Assembly: GCF_009834535.1 (NCBI RefSeq)
Contig: NC_045707.1
Span: 62,622,001 to 62,686,000, forward strand
Length of the DNA stretch: 64,000 nucleotides
Source: Camelus ferus
Lineage: Eukaryota
Direction: 5' to 3'
Shown here one piece after another: positions 25,260 to 39,036 of the stretch. The position numbers were made by a program, and so were the translations under genes. Positions within the stretch are counted from its first letter, which is position 1, and the number at the start of each line of letters is the position of its first letter. Below the pieces are notes generated by a model. That model saw only the letters and a list, made by a program, of their open reading frames with translations, was not told the origin of the DNA and made no database searches.

Positions 25260-27475
25260 TACATTTTTTAAAATTTTTTATTTCATATATATAATGTAGA
25301 ATTTTTTACATACATAATTTTTCATTTTTATATACATCGAAAAAATCTTCACCACAGTCAAGATAATGAATACAGAGGGTCAACTGTACTTTGACCCACA
25401 AGTTTCCTTATGCCTCTTTGTTATCCATTCCCCCTCCCCAGTTCCTCTGTCCTTAAGTAAACATTGGTCTGATTTCTATCACGTATATATGTTTTGCATT
25501 TTCTAGAATTTCTGAAATGCTTTTCATATTGTGACAAGTATTGTCAGTTAATTCTTTTTATTGTTGACTAGAATTCCATTATATGCAGTATAACACAATT
25601 TGTCTGCCCATTCACCTGCTGATGGCCAGTACTGTTGTTTCCAGTTTTAGCTGTTACGGTTATAGCTGCTATGAGCATTTGGGTGCAGATCTTCATATGA
25701 TCACATGCTTTCAATTCTCTTGGATAAATACCTAGGAATGGAATGACTATATAATAAGATAGGTGTAAAAAACTAGCTTTTTTTTTTTTTTTACTTCCAA
25801 ACTGTTTTACAAAGTACAGGTGACCCTTGAACAGTGTGTTTGAACTGTGTAGGTCCTTTTATACATGGACTTTTTTTTTCAATAAATACTACAGTACTAC
25901 ATGATCTGTGATCGGTTGAATCAGCAGATAATGGAACCGCTGATACAGAGAGCTCACTATAAATTTTATACACCGATTTTCAACAGTGCAGAGGGTGGGT
26001 GACCCTGACACCCCTGTTGCTCAAGGCTCAGCTGTAGTTGTGACCTTTACATTCTCACTAGCAGTGAATCTGAGTCAAATTGCTTCACATCCTTGCCAAC
26101 ACTTTGTATGATCCATTGTTCCCATGTTATCATTCTAGTCAGTATTCAGTGCTGTCTCATTGTAGTTTCTATCATTCATTTCCCTAACTATGAATGATGG
26201 TGAGCATAATTTCATATGCTTATTTGTCATTCTTATAACTCCTTTGTTGAAGTGCTTATTCAAATCCTTTGTGTTTTAATTATTAAAATTCCTGTAATTT
26301 AAAAATTCTGTGTATAATCTAAATTCAATAATTTTAATATTTATTTTGCAAATATCTCCCCCCATTTACTGACTTTCCTTTCTATTTTTGAAAAGTAAGC
26401 ATTTTTAATTTTGGTGACATGTCATTTACCATTTTTTTTTTCTTGTGGTATTTTGTCCTATTTAAAATATCTTTACCATACTCATGTTTACCAAGATATT
26501 TTGCCCATATTTTCTTTTAGAAGTTTTATAATTTTAGCACTTACGTTTAGATGAATGCTCCACTTTAATTTTTTTTTTTAATCTGATGAAAGTTAGTAGC
26601 TAACATTCCCATTTTTCAGACAGCTTTTCAATTATTTCAGTACCATTTTTTTTAAAAGAAGATGATTTCCTCAGTATTTGCCTTGGCAACTTTTTGAAAG
26701 TTTAATTGACCATAAACGTATGGCTTTATTTCTGGTCTCTCTGTTCTAGGATTTATATGACTCTCTTTATACCAATCCCACACTGTCTTATTACAGTAGC
26801 TTTGTAATAAATGTGAGCATAAAATAGTGTAAGTTCCCCACACTTTTCTTTTCTTTAAATTTATTTGGTCACTTTTGTTTCTTTGTATTCCCACATAAGT
26901 TTTAGAATTAGTCTACAAAGTTCTTAAGAAAAAAAAAAATGCCTTCTGAGAGATTGACTGGGATTGTGTTGAACTGAAAGATCAATTTGGGGAAAAAAGA
27001 CATCTTAATGTTGATTTTTTCACATCCATGTACATAGTATAACTCTACACTTATTGAGATCTTGTTTAATTTATCTCAGCAGTTTTTGGTTTGTTTTCAT
27101 TATTTGTGTTATGCACATGTTTGTCAAATATTCCCTAAGTATTTCATATTTTGGATGTTATTACAAATGGTATTTTGTTACATTTTATAATATTAAATTC
27201 TGACTATTGGTCACATATAAAAATGCAACTGATTTTTGTATGTTCATAAGTTATACTGAAAATCTCCTAAAGCTACCTAATGGTTCTGCTAAAGTATTCT
27301 GTAGATTTTCAGGGACTTTCTGCGTAGATAATCATGTTCTCATAATGAAGAGGGTTTTTTTTCTTTCATTCCAATCTGGATACTATACATTTCTTACACT
27401 TGCCTTACTGTACTCTAGACACTCAGTATATTGCTGAATGGGAATGATGAGTGCTCATGCTAGCTTCCTTTTTTA
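25260..27475 (-). mobile_element. L1MB/MC 3' UTR and ORF2 fragment
   Basis: ccattcacctgctgatgg, taaatacctaggaatggaatgact, cacactgtcttattacagtagctttg, gatcaatttgggg, aaatgcaactgatttttgtatgtt. Confidence 0.9.
25817..26034 (+). mobile_element. Tigger2-family MITE (TcMar-Tigger) nested in L1
   Basis: TIRs caggtgacccttgaaca ... tgctcaaggctcagctg, with a TA TSD on both sides (25815-16, 26035-36). The L1 reads through when the element is removed. Confidence 0.9.
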
Positions 27476-27819
27476 TCTTAAAATTAAATTAAAATTAAAC
27501 AAATATCATAGGTATTTTATGCTGTGCCTGACACTTCAATCGAATTTAATCTTTTCTCATCTTATTTCCTCAGAGTTAGCGCTTCTACTGACCTTTCCTT
27601 GGGTCTAGAATTACACTTAAGTACATCACCTTCAGTGAGAGTTGCAAGGACACAGTTGCAGTTTGTTCTCTGCTGAGAAAAGAGTAGCGCTCTTATTTTA
27701 TTTCTTATTTGCTGACTTTCTTAGAATGGCTAGTTCTTGATAATTTTGAGATCAGTTAACATTGAATAATAGTATTTTCTCAGTAAACAAATTTTAAGTG
27801 TAGGAATTGTAAGGATGGA

Positions 27820-28210
27820 CTATGTGGCCAAAACAGCTAGGTATGAATCTTGAGTCTGTCACTTAGTTGCTGTGTGATCTCGGCCAAGTTACTCAACCTC
27901 TCTACTACAGTTTCTTCATCTAGTTAACATTATAATATTGTTACTTACCTTCCAATATTAATATTATAATTAAATATATTAATATATAAATTGCTTAGAT
28001 CAATATCTAGCATTTATTGAGCATGATATGAGTTAGAAATTTTATATTTTTGATTGTGTAATATTGAAAAAGTTATTTAATCTCACAAGATGTAATTTTT
28101 TCACCTGTCAAAATGAAGAATAAATACTAGTAGGTACCTTAGAGTTTTACCCAATACTCTGTGTTAAGTACTTAGCACACAAGTAATCAGTAGTTTAAAT
28201 CTATTTTTAT
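27820..28210 (+). mobile_element. Two adjacent MIR SINEs
   Basis: tctgtcacttagttgctgtgtgatctcggccaagttactcaacctctc...cagtttcttcatct; second core tcacctgtcaaaatgaag. Confidence 0.75.
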
Positions 28211-31200
28211 TATTGGTATTATATTTTTTATTCTTATCATGTTATTTGCAGTAGAAATATTTTATCTGTTTTTTTCTGTAACTTACATGAGCCACTACTG
28301 GGGGATAATTTAAAAATAATCCCAAGAAAAGATATTCTAAGTAAAAGATGTCAAATGTAATAAAGGAATAGCATTTTCCTGGTCTTAAATTATAGTTGGT
28401 GAGGCCAAGAATAATAGGAAAAATCCATGGAAAAAGCTGTGCGCTACCCTTCCCATATCTCGGACATTCTGATGGATTCATATGTGGTAAGATGACCAAA
28501 TGAACAGTGTACATGGGAAATACATTCTGTGCCACATAAAGTCACAATAGATTTTCTTTCTAAGTGGCAATTTCTAATAGACAATATGTGTTAGGGAGAT
28601 AGAAAGATGGAGACAGAGAGATAGAGACAGAGAAAAGCACAGTTGAATTCTAGCAATTGGCTATTAACTCTGTGCACAAGAGATTAAAAGATTATTGACT
28701 GCTATTTCTCAAAATTATTGGCCCATGTAACTCAGCACTAATGGGGTGAAAAATACAAAAAATACTTCTGGCAGCTGAGTCATTACCCCAGTTGCCGGGA
28801 TTTGAAGATAGCATGCATTAAAACGCAGAGCTGTGCCCCTCCAGGCTTCTCCTCTGATCTACTCCAGCTTGCCTTTCAGACTGTTGGTCTCTACCGTCAC
28901 GAAATATTCTCAGCAGCAGACCCAGAAATAGAAGGAGTTTTGCTGGAAATTTGGGATTGGGTTACTCTAACCCCTTGCCCCTTTCATTCGTGTTATTTGA
29001 AAATCACCGGAACAAGTACAAGTTCCTTTCCGCTGCCATCTTCCCCACTCCCAGCCCTACGCTACTCACCTCCGCTGCTCTTTGAATAACTCAACCCTGG
29101 CCAATTCTGCTGTGCCCAGTTAGAGGGCCTGTTCAACTGTGAGCAACCTCTCCTCTGCCTGCCATGCTCTCGCTTGATAACATACAAACTGTCACCTCCG
29201 TGTATCCTTAGGCCTAGGAAGCCCTGACTTGTACTCATTTCTTTCTTTGGCTCTAGAAACACGTTCATATATTTTTGTAAGATTTGCAGCAGCTAGGTAT
29301 TTGCCTGTAATCCGTTATGACCACTGTCAGTTAAGATTTGCTTTTGTACCTAATTTTATATTTGTAAATTTGTATTCTTTCACTTAAGGAGGGTCTCCAA
29401 ATCTGTGTACATTTTAGGATACCACAAAATCTAGACTTACCATAATTATTAGTATAAGTAAAAAACTTTTCTGTTTTAAAGATTAGTAACCAGAACTTTT
29501 TGATCCAGGGCTTTTTCCCGACTCGCCACCTTGGTTATCCCGAGCCACCTCGGAAAGTGTGTGCCAACCTACTGTCAATGAACTTCAGAATGCACCTTAG
29601 TAAACCACGATGAGGAAGGCAGGGTAGGACAAAAGCAACCTAAAGCATTGCAAACTAAGCACGGTGTTTTTTAGATTAATTATCCTTTTGTATTTTCCCC
29701 GTTTTTGATCCTCTCTCTTGATATGGACAAGTAAATCCGGCAGTACGTTTCATCATGTTCTTTCTGGGCAGAAGTGAGTGTATATTTGTCAGGGTGCCAG
29801 ATTTTATTCACATATTGGGAAGTTTTTGTACTTCTGAGGTGAGGATTCAGATCTGATACCTGATACAATTTTACAGAATTTCATCAGGATTTTGGCAACT
29901 GAAGTTTAATTTTTATTTTGAGAGGGTGGAGTTGGGGGCATGATTTGATCTATAGCAAGGATTTCATGTAATAATGCAATTGTATTTTTAATAAAATTAC
30001 AACTTTTGCATTCCAATCTGAAGAAAGATGTGCATTTTCCCTTTGAACACCCCCCCACCAGGCATCCTGTGTCAAAGTATATCAAAAGTAGGCAGATAAA
30101 GGACTATGAGATCAATGCTTGAACAATTCTGCATTATTTCACTTTTAAAATATACTTCTACATGCAGAGTACACATGGTAAGTTTCATATCACAATTATT
30201 TTAAAGACATGTACATATTTAGTATGTAGGGACACTAAATATTTTGATGTATTGATTATTATACTTCAAACTTAAAACATGTGGAAGAAAAGCTGTTATA
30301 AACTGGGATGATACTAAAAGGAATCACAGAATAATGAAGGGCACCTGCTCTGTAATGTCATTTAATGTGTGTACAGCATATTTGGAATCATTTGCTTCTA
30401 TGTGCTTCTCTTCAGCTTTCATATAAATCCCTTCGAGGTATTTTCGTTTATATACTCTGTACCTGATTGTAACTCTCAAAAAGGAAGATCCCATTCTAAA
30501 ACCTGTTATTGTCTTGTCAATTGAAAAATGATTGCTGAATGTTTTATGTTACCATTGAAGGCTTAGTTTTTCCTAAGCTTTCAACAATGACCAGTAGAGA
30601 AATAGAGTGCAGTAGTATGCACATAGTGGGGTTTATTTAAATAGGTACTCACTATTAGCAAAAGTGTAAAAATTAAAGCTTGGGAGTAGGTGCAGCTAAA
30701 GTTAGTCTTATGTGATCTATAAAAACTAACATTATTATCATGTTCTTATTATTTTTCATCACAGTAGTGATTTGAAATTGTTTTTTTTATTTTCACCTGC
30801 CTCTTTATTTCTGGATAGGTACCAAGAGATGTGCAGTAAGAGACCCAGAAATTTCTTGATCTATTATCTCCAGTTTATTCAGTTTGTTTCTGCCAATCCA
30901 GTCCATCCTATTCAGAGCAATATTATATATTCTAAAAGACTTGCTCTAACTTACAAATAAGCGCTTTAAATTTTCTTTTAGCCTCAGGGTCTTCTAAGGT
31001 AGACTTTGGTATAAATTCACATTGTGTTCAGAAGATGAAAATAAAGGAAATATTTAAACTTACTTTTAAAGTGTGAACCTATGCAATCAATGTAGTAAAC
31101 TCTTGGGCTTAATATATATATTCCTTACGCACCTTGCCCATTTACCTTGTATGACAGTGTTGATTCTGATCAACAAAGTGACTATAGTTAAGAAAAGATA

Positions 31201-32419
31201 AATCAAATTTTAAAACCAGCACTTCCAAAACATTGGACCTGAATTGCCATTTGCAGGCCACCTGAAATACGTGTGATCAGAGCTTAACCTCAGGGTGACT
31301 TTCAAGTGAAACACTGAGAAGCTTCATGATGGAGAGGACATAAAAGGCCAGGAACATGGGAACTTAGCTGGAGCAGTAACTTTGTTAGGCAATCCTCAAA
31401 TACTTCCTCTGTGTTCTCCATTACTCTAACCCAGATTTATCACTCCTGAGATTATCTAAGTACAGATAAACATCACTCTGTAAATTAATTAAATTCATTT
31501 TAATTGCTTGTTGGTAGCTCAGTGTTGAGTGTAATAACTTAGGCAAATTCCATACCAAAATTTTTTCTTAAAAAAATGCTATTCCTACATGAAGGGATGT
31601 TTTTTGTTTGTTAATCCATATTGCTATGTCCTTGATTTCCTAAAAAGTACATTTACATATAATTCTTGACTAACTTAATAATATTTATTTGATATTTTTC
31701 TTACATGATCATAATTTTCCAATGCAAAGGTCACCTATATTATGAGTACCTGGATTTTATAAGCATACATGAATGTGTGTGTAGTATTTTAACAAACTAA
31801 ATAATGTAAAGGTGTATTACTTGAGGTAAGATAATTTACATGTATGATAAAAAATAGAGACATTTCTATGGTAAAACAGTGTGAAGACAATTCCAGAGCA
31901 AGTGACTGCATTAATCTGACCTGAAATCAGAGCAAAACTGAAAGTAGAAATTATGTGGTGTCACTCTTTGAACAAAAACAAAGAAAAGTTATCTTAAAAA
32001 AATCATCAAGTTAAGACAAGTGCTGTCATACATACTTCAAAATTTATAAACCCAATTTCTCATATGAAAGAATTTTTAATGTTGAATAGTGTCAAAAAGT
32101 ACCTTGCACTTAATGAGCTAATGAGGTTGTACTTGATACAATTTCATGACATGAGCAGTATTATTTAAACAAGATATAAAAAATTTTAGCCAGGTGCATA
32201 TAATGTTGTAATTTTGCATCTCTGTATTACTAATATTATTCTCAAATTTCGTGCTTCTAATGGCACTAATGTATTTAATACTATTTATATGTCATCTGTC
32301 CCATGACTTAGAATGCCAGAGCCCATGAACTTCTCCAAGCCAGTGCCTAAAAGTGACAATAGTTTTAGTTTTATCCGTACACTCTCTATATTAGCTCAGG
32401 TCAAGAGTTCCACCTGCGA

Positions 32420-32660
32420 CATGACATAAACATGGGCTTTGCAATTAGGCAGTTGCAGTTAACCTATATTGAAAAGCCTTATTGCAATATTTTTATTTTC
32501 CTTTTTAAAAAAATTAGAAAACTTGCCAAATTATTTACATATCTTGGTCTCAATTCCAAGAAATATGGAGTTAATAATACTTACCCAATAGTAATTTTTA
32601 AATAGAAGTAAGAAAAAAATTTAAATTGGCATATGTGTAGGAGATTATTGAATTCCTCTT
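32420..32660 (+). mobile_element. MIR SINE (degraded)
   Basis: catgggctttgcaattaggcag...aatatggagttaataatacttacc. Confidence 0.5.
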
Positions 32661-35600
32661 TGTCCCTTGATTGAAAAAAGGAAGCTAAATCTACGTAGTT
32701 ATACCTAGAGAACAAATCAAATCAAGCTTTAAATATAAGATGACATTTTTTACCTGACTATAATGGAAAGGCAGAATTTTTAAACCTTTCTCTCATTTCA
32801 AACATTAAATCTCAGAACCCAAAACCCCAGTGTATAGGGGGGGCATCTGAATATATTATGTTTATCTTTTTTCTTTTTTACCTAGAAGGAAGTAAATTGT
32901 GATTTGAAAGCTGACTTATTTTTCAAGCACCAGGGGAAAAAGCAACAAAAAGGAAAACGTAGTTTAAAATGTCTTCCAGATGAATTATTACATCAAGCTC
33001 TAATATCTGATAATCAGATAGAAGGAGAACGAATAGATCTAAAAATACTTAAAAGACTATTTTTGTTCCCATTGGAAACTGTCTTACATAATAAAGTCCC
33101 TCAGAGAAAAGTTCTGACACTGAAAAAGACTGACCTTGGAAGTAAAATGGATTATTTGCTAAGATTGTTCCCTCAAATACATTCTGTTCAGGTATCATCG
33201 TTCAACCTCTGTGCTGTGTGTGACCAGTCACACAACATTTGACTCTCATGAGCCAAAATTTGTGTGAAGAAATTGACTTTGATATGAAGCCACCACTTCC
33301 AGGAATATCACTTTCAAATCTGTCCTTATGGAAGACATGAATTTAAAGACATGGTTGGGGAAAAATTTGATCAGTTTATGAACAAACAATGTTTGCTTGA
33401 ACTGTTGAGTAAGGAATTTGGAAATGTTGTTCACGTGCCAATTGAAAAGGAAACTCAAAGAGAGTTTCCCTCATGGGAGATCTAAGATGAAAATAGATTT
33501 GAGGAAATAAGCAGGATTAACAATATGTGATTCAATTTTAAAGAAATAAAATCTAGAAAGTTTAGTATCTTAAAAAAAGTTTTTTTCGCACCTTAACTTG
33601 CTAAAGGGGCAAAGAATTCATCAGTTCTAAATTTAATTATTTCTTAGTATATCTATGGCACAGATATTTTGTATAGAGAATTCACAAAAGAGAAGGATGA
33701 GAAGGAGAGTTGACTTGTGGTCTTGTAAGTGACATAGAGATCAAAGAAAAGTGTGTAAGTAGAGGAAACCACACTGTGAAAATAAATGCAATTTCACAGA
33801 AATTTTCCCCACAATTTAACTTGATCACAAACTCATTAGAAGTTTTGCTAACATATCAATGATCATATTTCTAGCTCTCTTAAAGTTAATTTTTCCAGTA
33901 ATTATTAGCGATAAAAACTGATTGGAAAAATCAGCTTTTAAAGTAGGCACTTTATGTATCTCCACTTAGAATAATGAATCAGAATGAGGATGATAAGTAA
34001 GCGAAGTTTGTATATTCTACCTTCAGAATATGATGGTGAGGGATTTTAGGGGAATATCTTTGCTGTATTTCTGTGCATGTACAGTGGTGACAGCAGGTAT
34101 TAACAGCTGGCTCGGGTAATGTAGCACCTGCTGATCAGCTGCAGAGCCTGGGCAGGCCCTGGAATAGATATTAAAGAATTATATAATTTGGATTTTGATT
34201 TAGTCATCCTTAGTCAAGTTCAGGATGTTCTGTGAATTTGTAGTTGGCACACTGACATTCTGAATGGTGAATTTTTGTTTCCCCTCAGTAAAGCGTTTGC
34301 ACACGGGAAAAGAAATTTACACTGAGGTTTGGCTCTAATTTAAGCGTGCAAAAATATCAAAATTACGAATTACAGTTAAAATGTGTATGTTGTGAACGCA
34401 AAATCAGTAAGTGAGCACGTCCCTGATTTAACCGAATTGCTCTGCAATATCAGGATATGTTTATGCTTGTACTTGCAGCCCACAATTCTCACTGCAAAAA
34501 AGGAGTCGTCAAGAAAAAATATGAAGTAGTATTTATCACTTTTCCAATTGTAACCATTCTGGGCCAGATGAAGTAAAAGTAGGTCATTTATGTGATTACA
34601 AATCAGGTATTTGTCAAAATAGTCCCCTTTCCCACATGTGTCCTCATGTCTGAGCTTGATCTCTCACTAACCTAGTGTAACTCTACCTGTTCTTTCTACG
34701 TATTTGTACACCAGGTATCTGAGGATCTGACTATTCCTCCATACTGAATTACAAGTTTCCATCTTTCACCAAGCTGACCCTTTTTAAATATCTGACAAAG
34801 TGAATTTTGTGTTCTGTGTTGTTTATTCAAAGAACTATTTTGACCATACTGAAACATCATTACAGTATACAAACAACATTTTCTGAGCACTTTATATTTG
34901 AAAGATACTCTGATAGAAGAGAAAAAAAAACACAAATAAGAAAACATAACGTGATTTCAGGAGGGTAACCTCATTTGGAATAAAGAGACTTTTGCAACTA
35001 ATCATAATGAAATACAGAATGACATGATTAACATTAACAGACATCAAAACAGATTGCTACAGGAATGTTTTAAAGGAAATAATTTGAACATTCTTAAATA
35101 AAAATTGAAAAAGAACCATAACAGCAGTATTTTTATTGTCTTTTTATAAATTTGCTGCTAAGAGAGAGACTACAATAGGTTAATTGCAAGTGATCACAAC
35201 TGTAGTATTTAGATGTCTTAGTTTGTGCCTAAAATTTTGTTTGATAGTATTTTAATTTTTAAAATTGGTCTTATTTTTAAATTTGATTTGTATATGTATG
35301 TGTATTCTGAAACCTTTGGGGGCAGTGGGTAGAGATATATCAAGATTATAGCTTTTGTTGATTTGCATTTAAAAAAGAATCCAGAGTATTTGAAAATGTT
35401 ATGGTTTTGAAAAATGGATAGATATTCGTTATGAGCCTAGAGTGATAAAAATTTTTACCTTTCTTATTCTTTGCTCCAATAGGGAATATGACAGTTTTAA
35501 TTTCATATTTCCAAGCAGAAAAGGGAGAAAACCAGGTTTTCTGATGGATCTAAGTACTTTCTAACTATCCTCCAGGGTAATAGTCTTAAATACTCGGCAT

Positions 35601-36642
35601 GGATCCTGTCACAATCCTGTAAAAACTATAGCCTGTTTCCATGCAGGGAAAACAGTGCACTCAGATAGAGAATTTTGCACTTAGGTTTAGAGGATTCAAA
35701 GACCCCGAAGTCCATTCTCGGACCCGATTCAGAATGCCTAGTCTAGAGCCTCTCCACCTTCAAGTATATTCTATTACAAACAATACTAGTTTATGCACAT
35801 TTACAAAAATATGCTAAATGATGCTTCTTCAGGTGAAAACCTAAGGAAAAAAAAGACATTTGGCATTTGATTAGGAAATCAGCTGTATAAATCAGAAGTA
35901 GCACTTCGCTAGGAATATCAGTTAGTTTTAAAACTAGTGGAAAGTGCATTCTACAAATCAACAGTAAAACAATTTTTCTTGTAACAAACCTAGAGGCATT
36001 TTAATTAATACTTGCTAATTTTTGAGAAATTGTATGATGACTTTTCCAGAAAAATAGTTTGTTGTTTATGTGGAAAACTATTATTATTGTTACATCTTAT
36101 TGTGGTTTTGTGAGCTGGAAGCAACACTGCTTTGCAATAATGCAACTCACTGAGACTTCTCCTATTTAAATTTTCATTGGAAAACATATGGAGAAGTAAT
36201 ATTTTAAAAGAATATCTCTATGTGTCACTCTCTCTGCCATTTCCCTTATATTTCATTAGTATTGAAATTGCATTTTTGAGAGAACTGTTTAGACATTGTA
36301 CTACAATAAAATTTTGAAATATTTACATGATATTTCTATATACTTACAATTTCTCTTTTATTTGCCTGAAATGATTGATATAAGATTCAGAATTTTTATT
36401 GTCCTTAGTACCCAAGCTCTCATAGAAAGCCGGTGTTCAGTCAACCTAGCCAGGATTCCCAGTAATCCAAGACTGCTTGCTCAATACTCTTGGAGATAAT
36501 TATTAGCCTTGTGCAGTCAAAAAACACAGGAGCACAAGCCTTCACCATCCCAGTAGTTGCTGTCCCTTCTCGATAGATCGCCACTGCAGGGTTTCAAGAC
36601 TTCATGGCTGAAATTGCTCCAAATAAGTCTCTATTTATAGGT

Positions 36643-36853
36643 GAGTGTTTGTCAACTTTGACACTTTTAGAATTTGGGGCCAGATAATTCTTTATTGTCA
36701 GGGTCTCTCTTGTGCAGTGTAGGATGTTTGAAGTGTCTCTGGCCTCTCTCCATACATGCAAGTAGCATCCCCTTCGGTTGTGACAACCAAAAATGCCTCT
36801 AGATAATGCCAGATGTTTCTCAGGGGCAAACAGACCCCCTCTCAGAACCACTG
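36643..36853 (-). mobile_element. MER20 hAT-Charlie DNA transposon
   Basis: tttggggccagataattcttt...gtaggatgttt...ggttgtgacaaccaaaaatgcctctagataatgccagatg...agaaccactg. Partial 8-bp TSD ttataggt / ccctaggt. Confidence 0.92.
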
Positions 36854-37699
36854 CCCTAGGTGACTTCTCACCTAGGAGTTTTGCCTTTCATTGGCACATG
36901 GGGTTTAGTTTCTGACTTACATAGCCTGAGACTCAAAATGAGTCTTGACTGGTGAGTGTAACGTGAGATAAAACTCATTGTTGATGTTCTGAAGGTTAGC
37001 CACGTATCAGAGGTATACCTGGGACCCTCACTGTCACTCCCCCGTGAAGTCCTCAGGTATGACTTCACAGGTATTGCTCACCATACCAAGGAATCCAGGC
37101 TCTCCCAATACTCAGTCAGAAATTATGCCATTACTGCAAATATATTCTGAACTCAAACAACGTTCTTTCCCTCAACAGTGCTGGTCTCTGAAGGCAAATG
37201 TCTAATGACAAATTATTGGAGAACTCTGCAAGTGGCCGTGTTTGTATGGTTTCCTTCCACTTTGTTCTGCTGTCCGTCTGTCATTCATTTACTGTCACTC
37301 ATTTAGGGCAAACTGTGAGCAGATGAGTTAAACTGCAAAAAGCACGGTAACTACACATACATGTAAATAATACTTACTTCTATCCCAGTTTGTCTATCTG
37401 ACCAATTAGTAATAAGTTACCAAGGTGACTCCTATGATTATACAAATAACGTCACCTCCATCTCTGAAAATCTTCAAGATTTTCACTCGCAAACTCAATA
37501 ACCTCTGTGCAAATGAAGCCCTTATCACCTAGGGATGACTTCTCCATGTCCCTAAGGTGGATGTTTCAGTCAGTTATCCTAGAACCCTTACTTATTGAGG
37601 GGCAAGGAAACCCTGCTGTCTCTATTATTTATCACAAGGTAACACCAAACTTCCTCTTCTCCTTAAATGACACACAGAATTTTACTAAGGGTATGATCT

Positions 37700-37915
37700 T
37701 TCCAGTCTGACCTAATGAGTTTGAGTCCTGGCTGGATACTTGTTAGCTGTGTGACCTTGGGCAAGGTACTTAAGTTTTCAAATCTTACCCTCTTAAAATA
37801 TGGATAATGATAATACATTTATGCCTAAGGAGATTGTTATGATTTAGTGAGAAAATTTATATGAAATGCTTGCAACAGTACCTGTTAAACAGTGATGACA
37901 GCTAGTGTTGGCCAT
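37700..37915 (+). mobile_element. MIR SINE
   Basis: tttgagtcctggct...tagctgtgtgaccttgggcaaggtacttaa...ggataatgataata. Confidence 0.85.
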
Positions 37916-38441
37916 TGTGATTCCCTGTTTACCAACTTCTTGCTTGTAAAATCTAAAATTTGAAATGATTAGCAAGCAGAGTCTGAAAATAATTTGAAGG
38001 GATGATTTTCATGGTTCTCTTCTTTATACATCACCTCAATTTAGAAGCCCTCACATTTCAAAGCTATAAAATCTTTGCCTTTGTATTTAACAAAGAACCC
38101 ATGCCTCTCTTATCAATATGCAGTCTTGGAAAGCTCCAAGCATTATAGGTTGAGAGACATGCCTTACCTTTCCTTACACGACATGGTAGAAGAGGAAGCT
38201 ATAAAGAGGTTATCACTGCTTCCCCAGGAGTAAAGCAGCTCTCCTCAAATACGTCTCCTTCATCTTCCCCTAATCTGCATTCTCCAGGTAGGCAGGCAGG
38301 TAGGTAGACAGACAGACATGTGTATATGCGCACCCCAAACCCCCAAGTCTAGGGACTTAAATGCATTGCTCTAGGTATAAATAAAATATTTTTGGATATT
38401 TCACAATTTGTCCTTATTAAAAATAAAGTTTAAAGTAACCT

Positions 38442-38895
38442 ATACATTCATTGAAAGATGATTGGATAAATAAAATGTGTGTGTATATATGTATATATAT
38501 ATATATACATATATACACAATGGAATACTGCTCAGCCATTTAAAAAAGTAAAATAATGCCATTTGCAGAAACATGGATGGACCTGGAGATTGTCATTCTA
38601 AGTGAAGTAAGCCAGAAAGAGAAAGAAAAATACCATACAATATCACTTAAATATGGAATCTAAAAAAATGAGACAGGTGAACTTATCTACAAAATAGAAA
38701 CAGACTCACAGACATAGAAAACAAACTTATGGTTACCGGCAGGGGAGGATTATGGGAAGGGATCAGTTGGAGGTTCACGGATTTGAAGATAATGCTATAT
38801 ATAAAGTAGATGAATGGCAAGGTCCCACTGCACAGCACAGGGAACTATATTCAATACCATGTAACAGCCTATAATGAAAAAGAATATGAAAAAGT

Positions 38896-38950
<55 letters not shown>

Positions 38951-39036
38951 CATACGTATATCTGAATCACTATGCTCTACACCAGAAATTAACACAACAT
39001 TGTAAACTGACTATACTTCAACAAAAATTTTTTTAA
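38442..39036 (+). mobile_element. Young cetartiodactyl/camelid L1, 5'-truncated (ORF2 end plus 3' UTR)
   Basis: catggatggacctggagattgtcattctaagtgaagtaagccagaaagagaaagaaaaatacc...cagactcacagacatagaaaacaaacttatggttacc...acaacattgtaaactgactatacttcaa. Weak TSD aaagtaa(c/a). Confidence 0.93.
38897..38950. repeat. (TATC)13 tetranucleotide STR inside the L1 3' UTR
   Basis: Uninterrupted TATC run. Confidence 0.97.
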
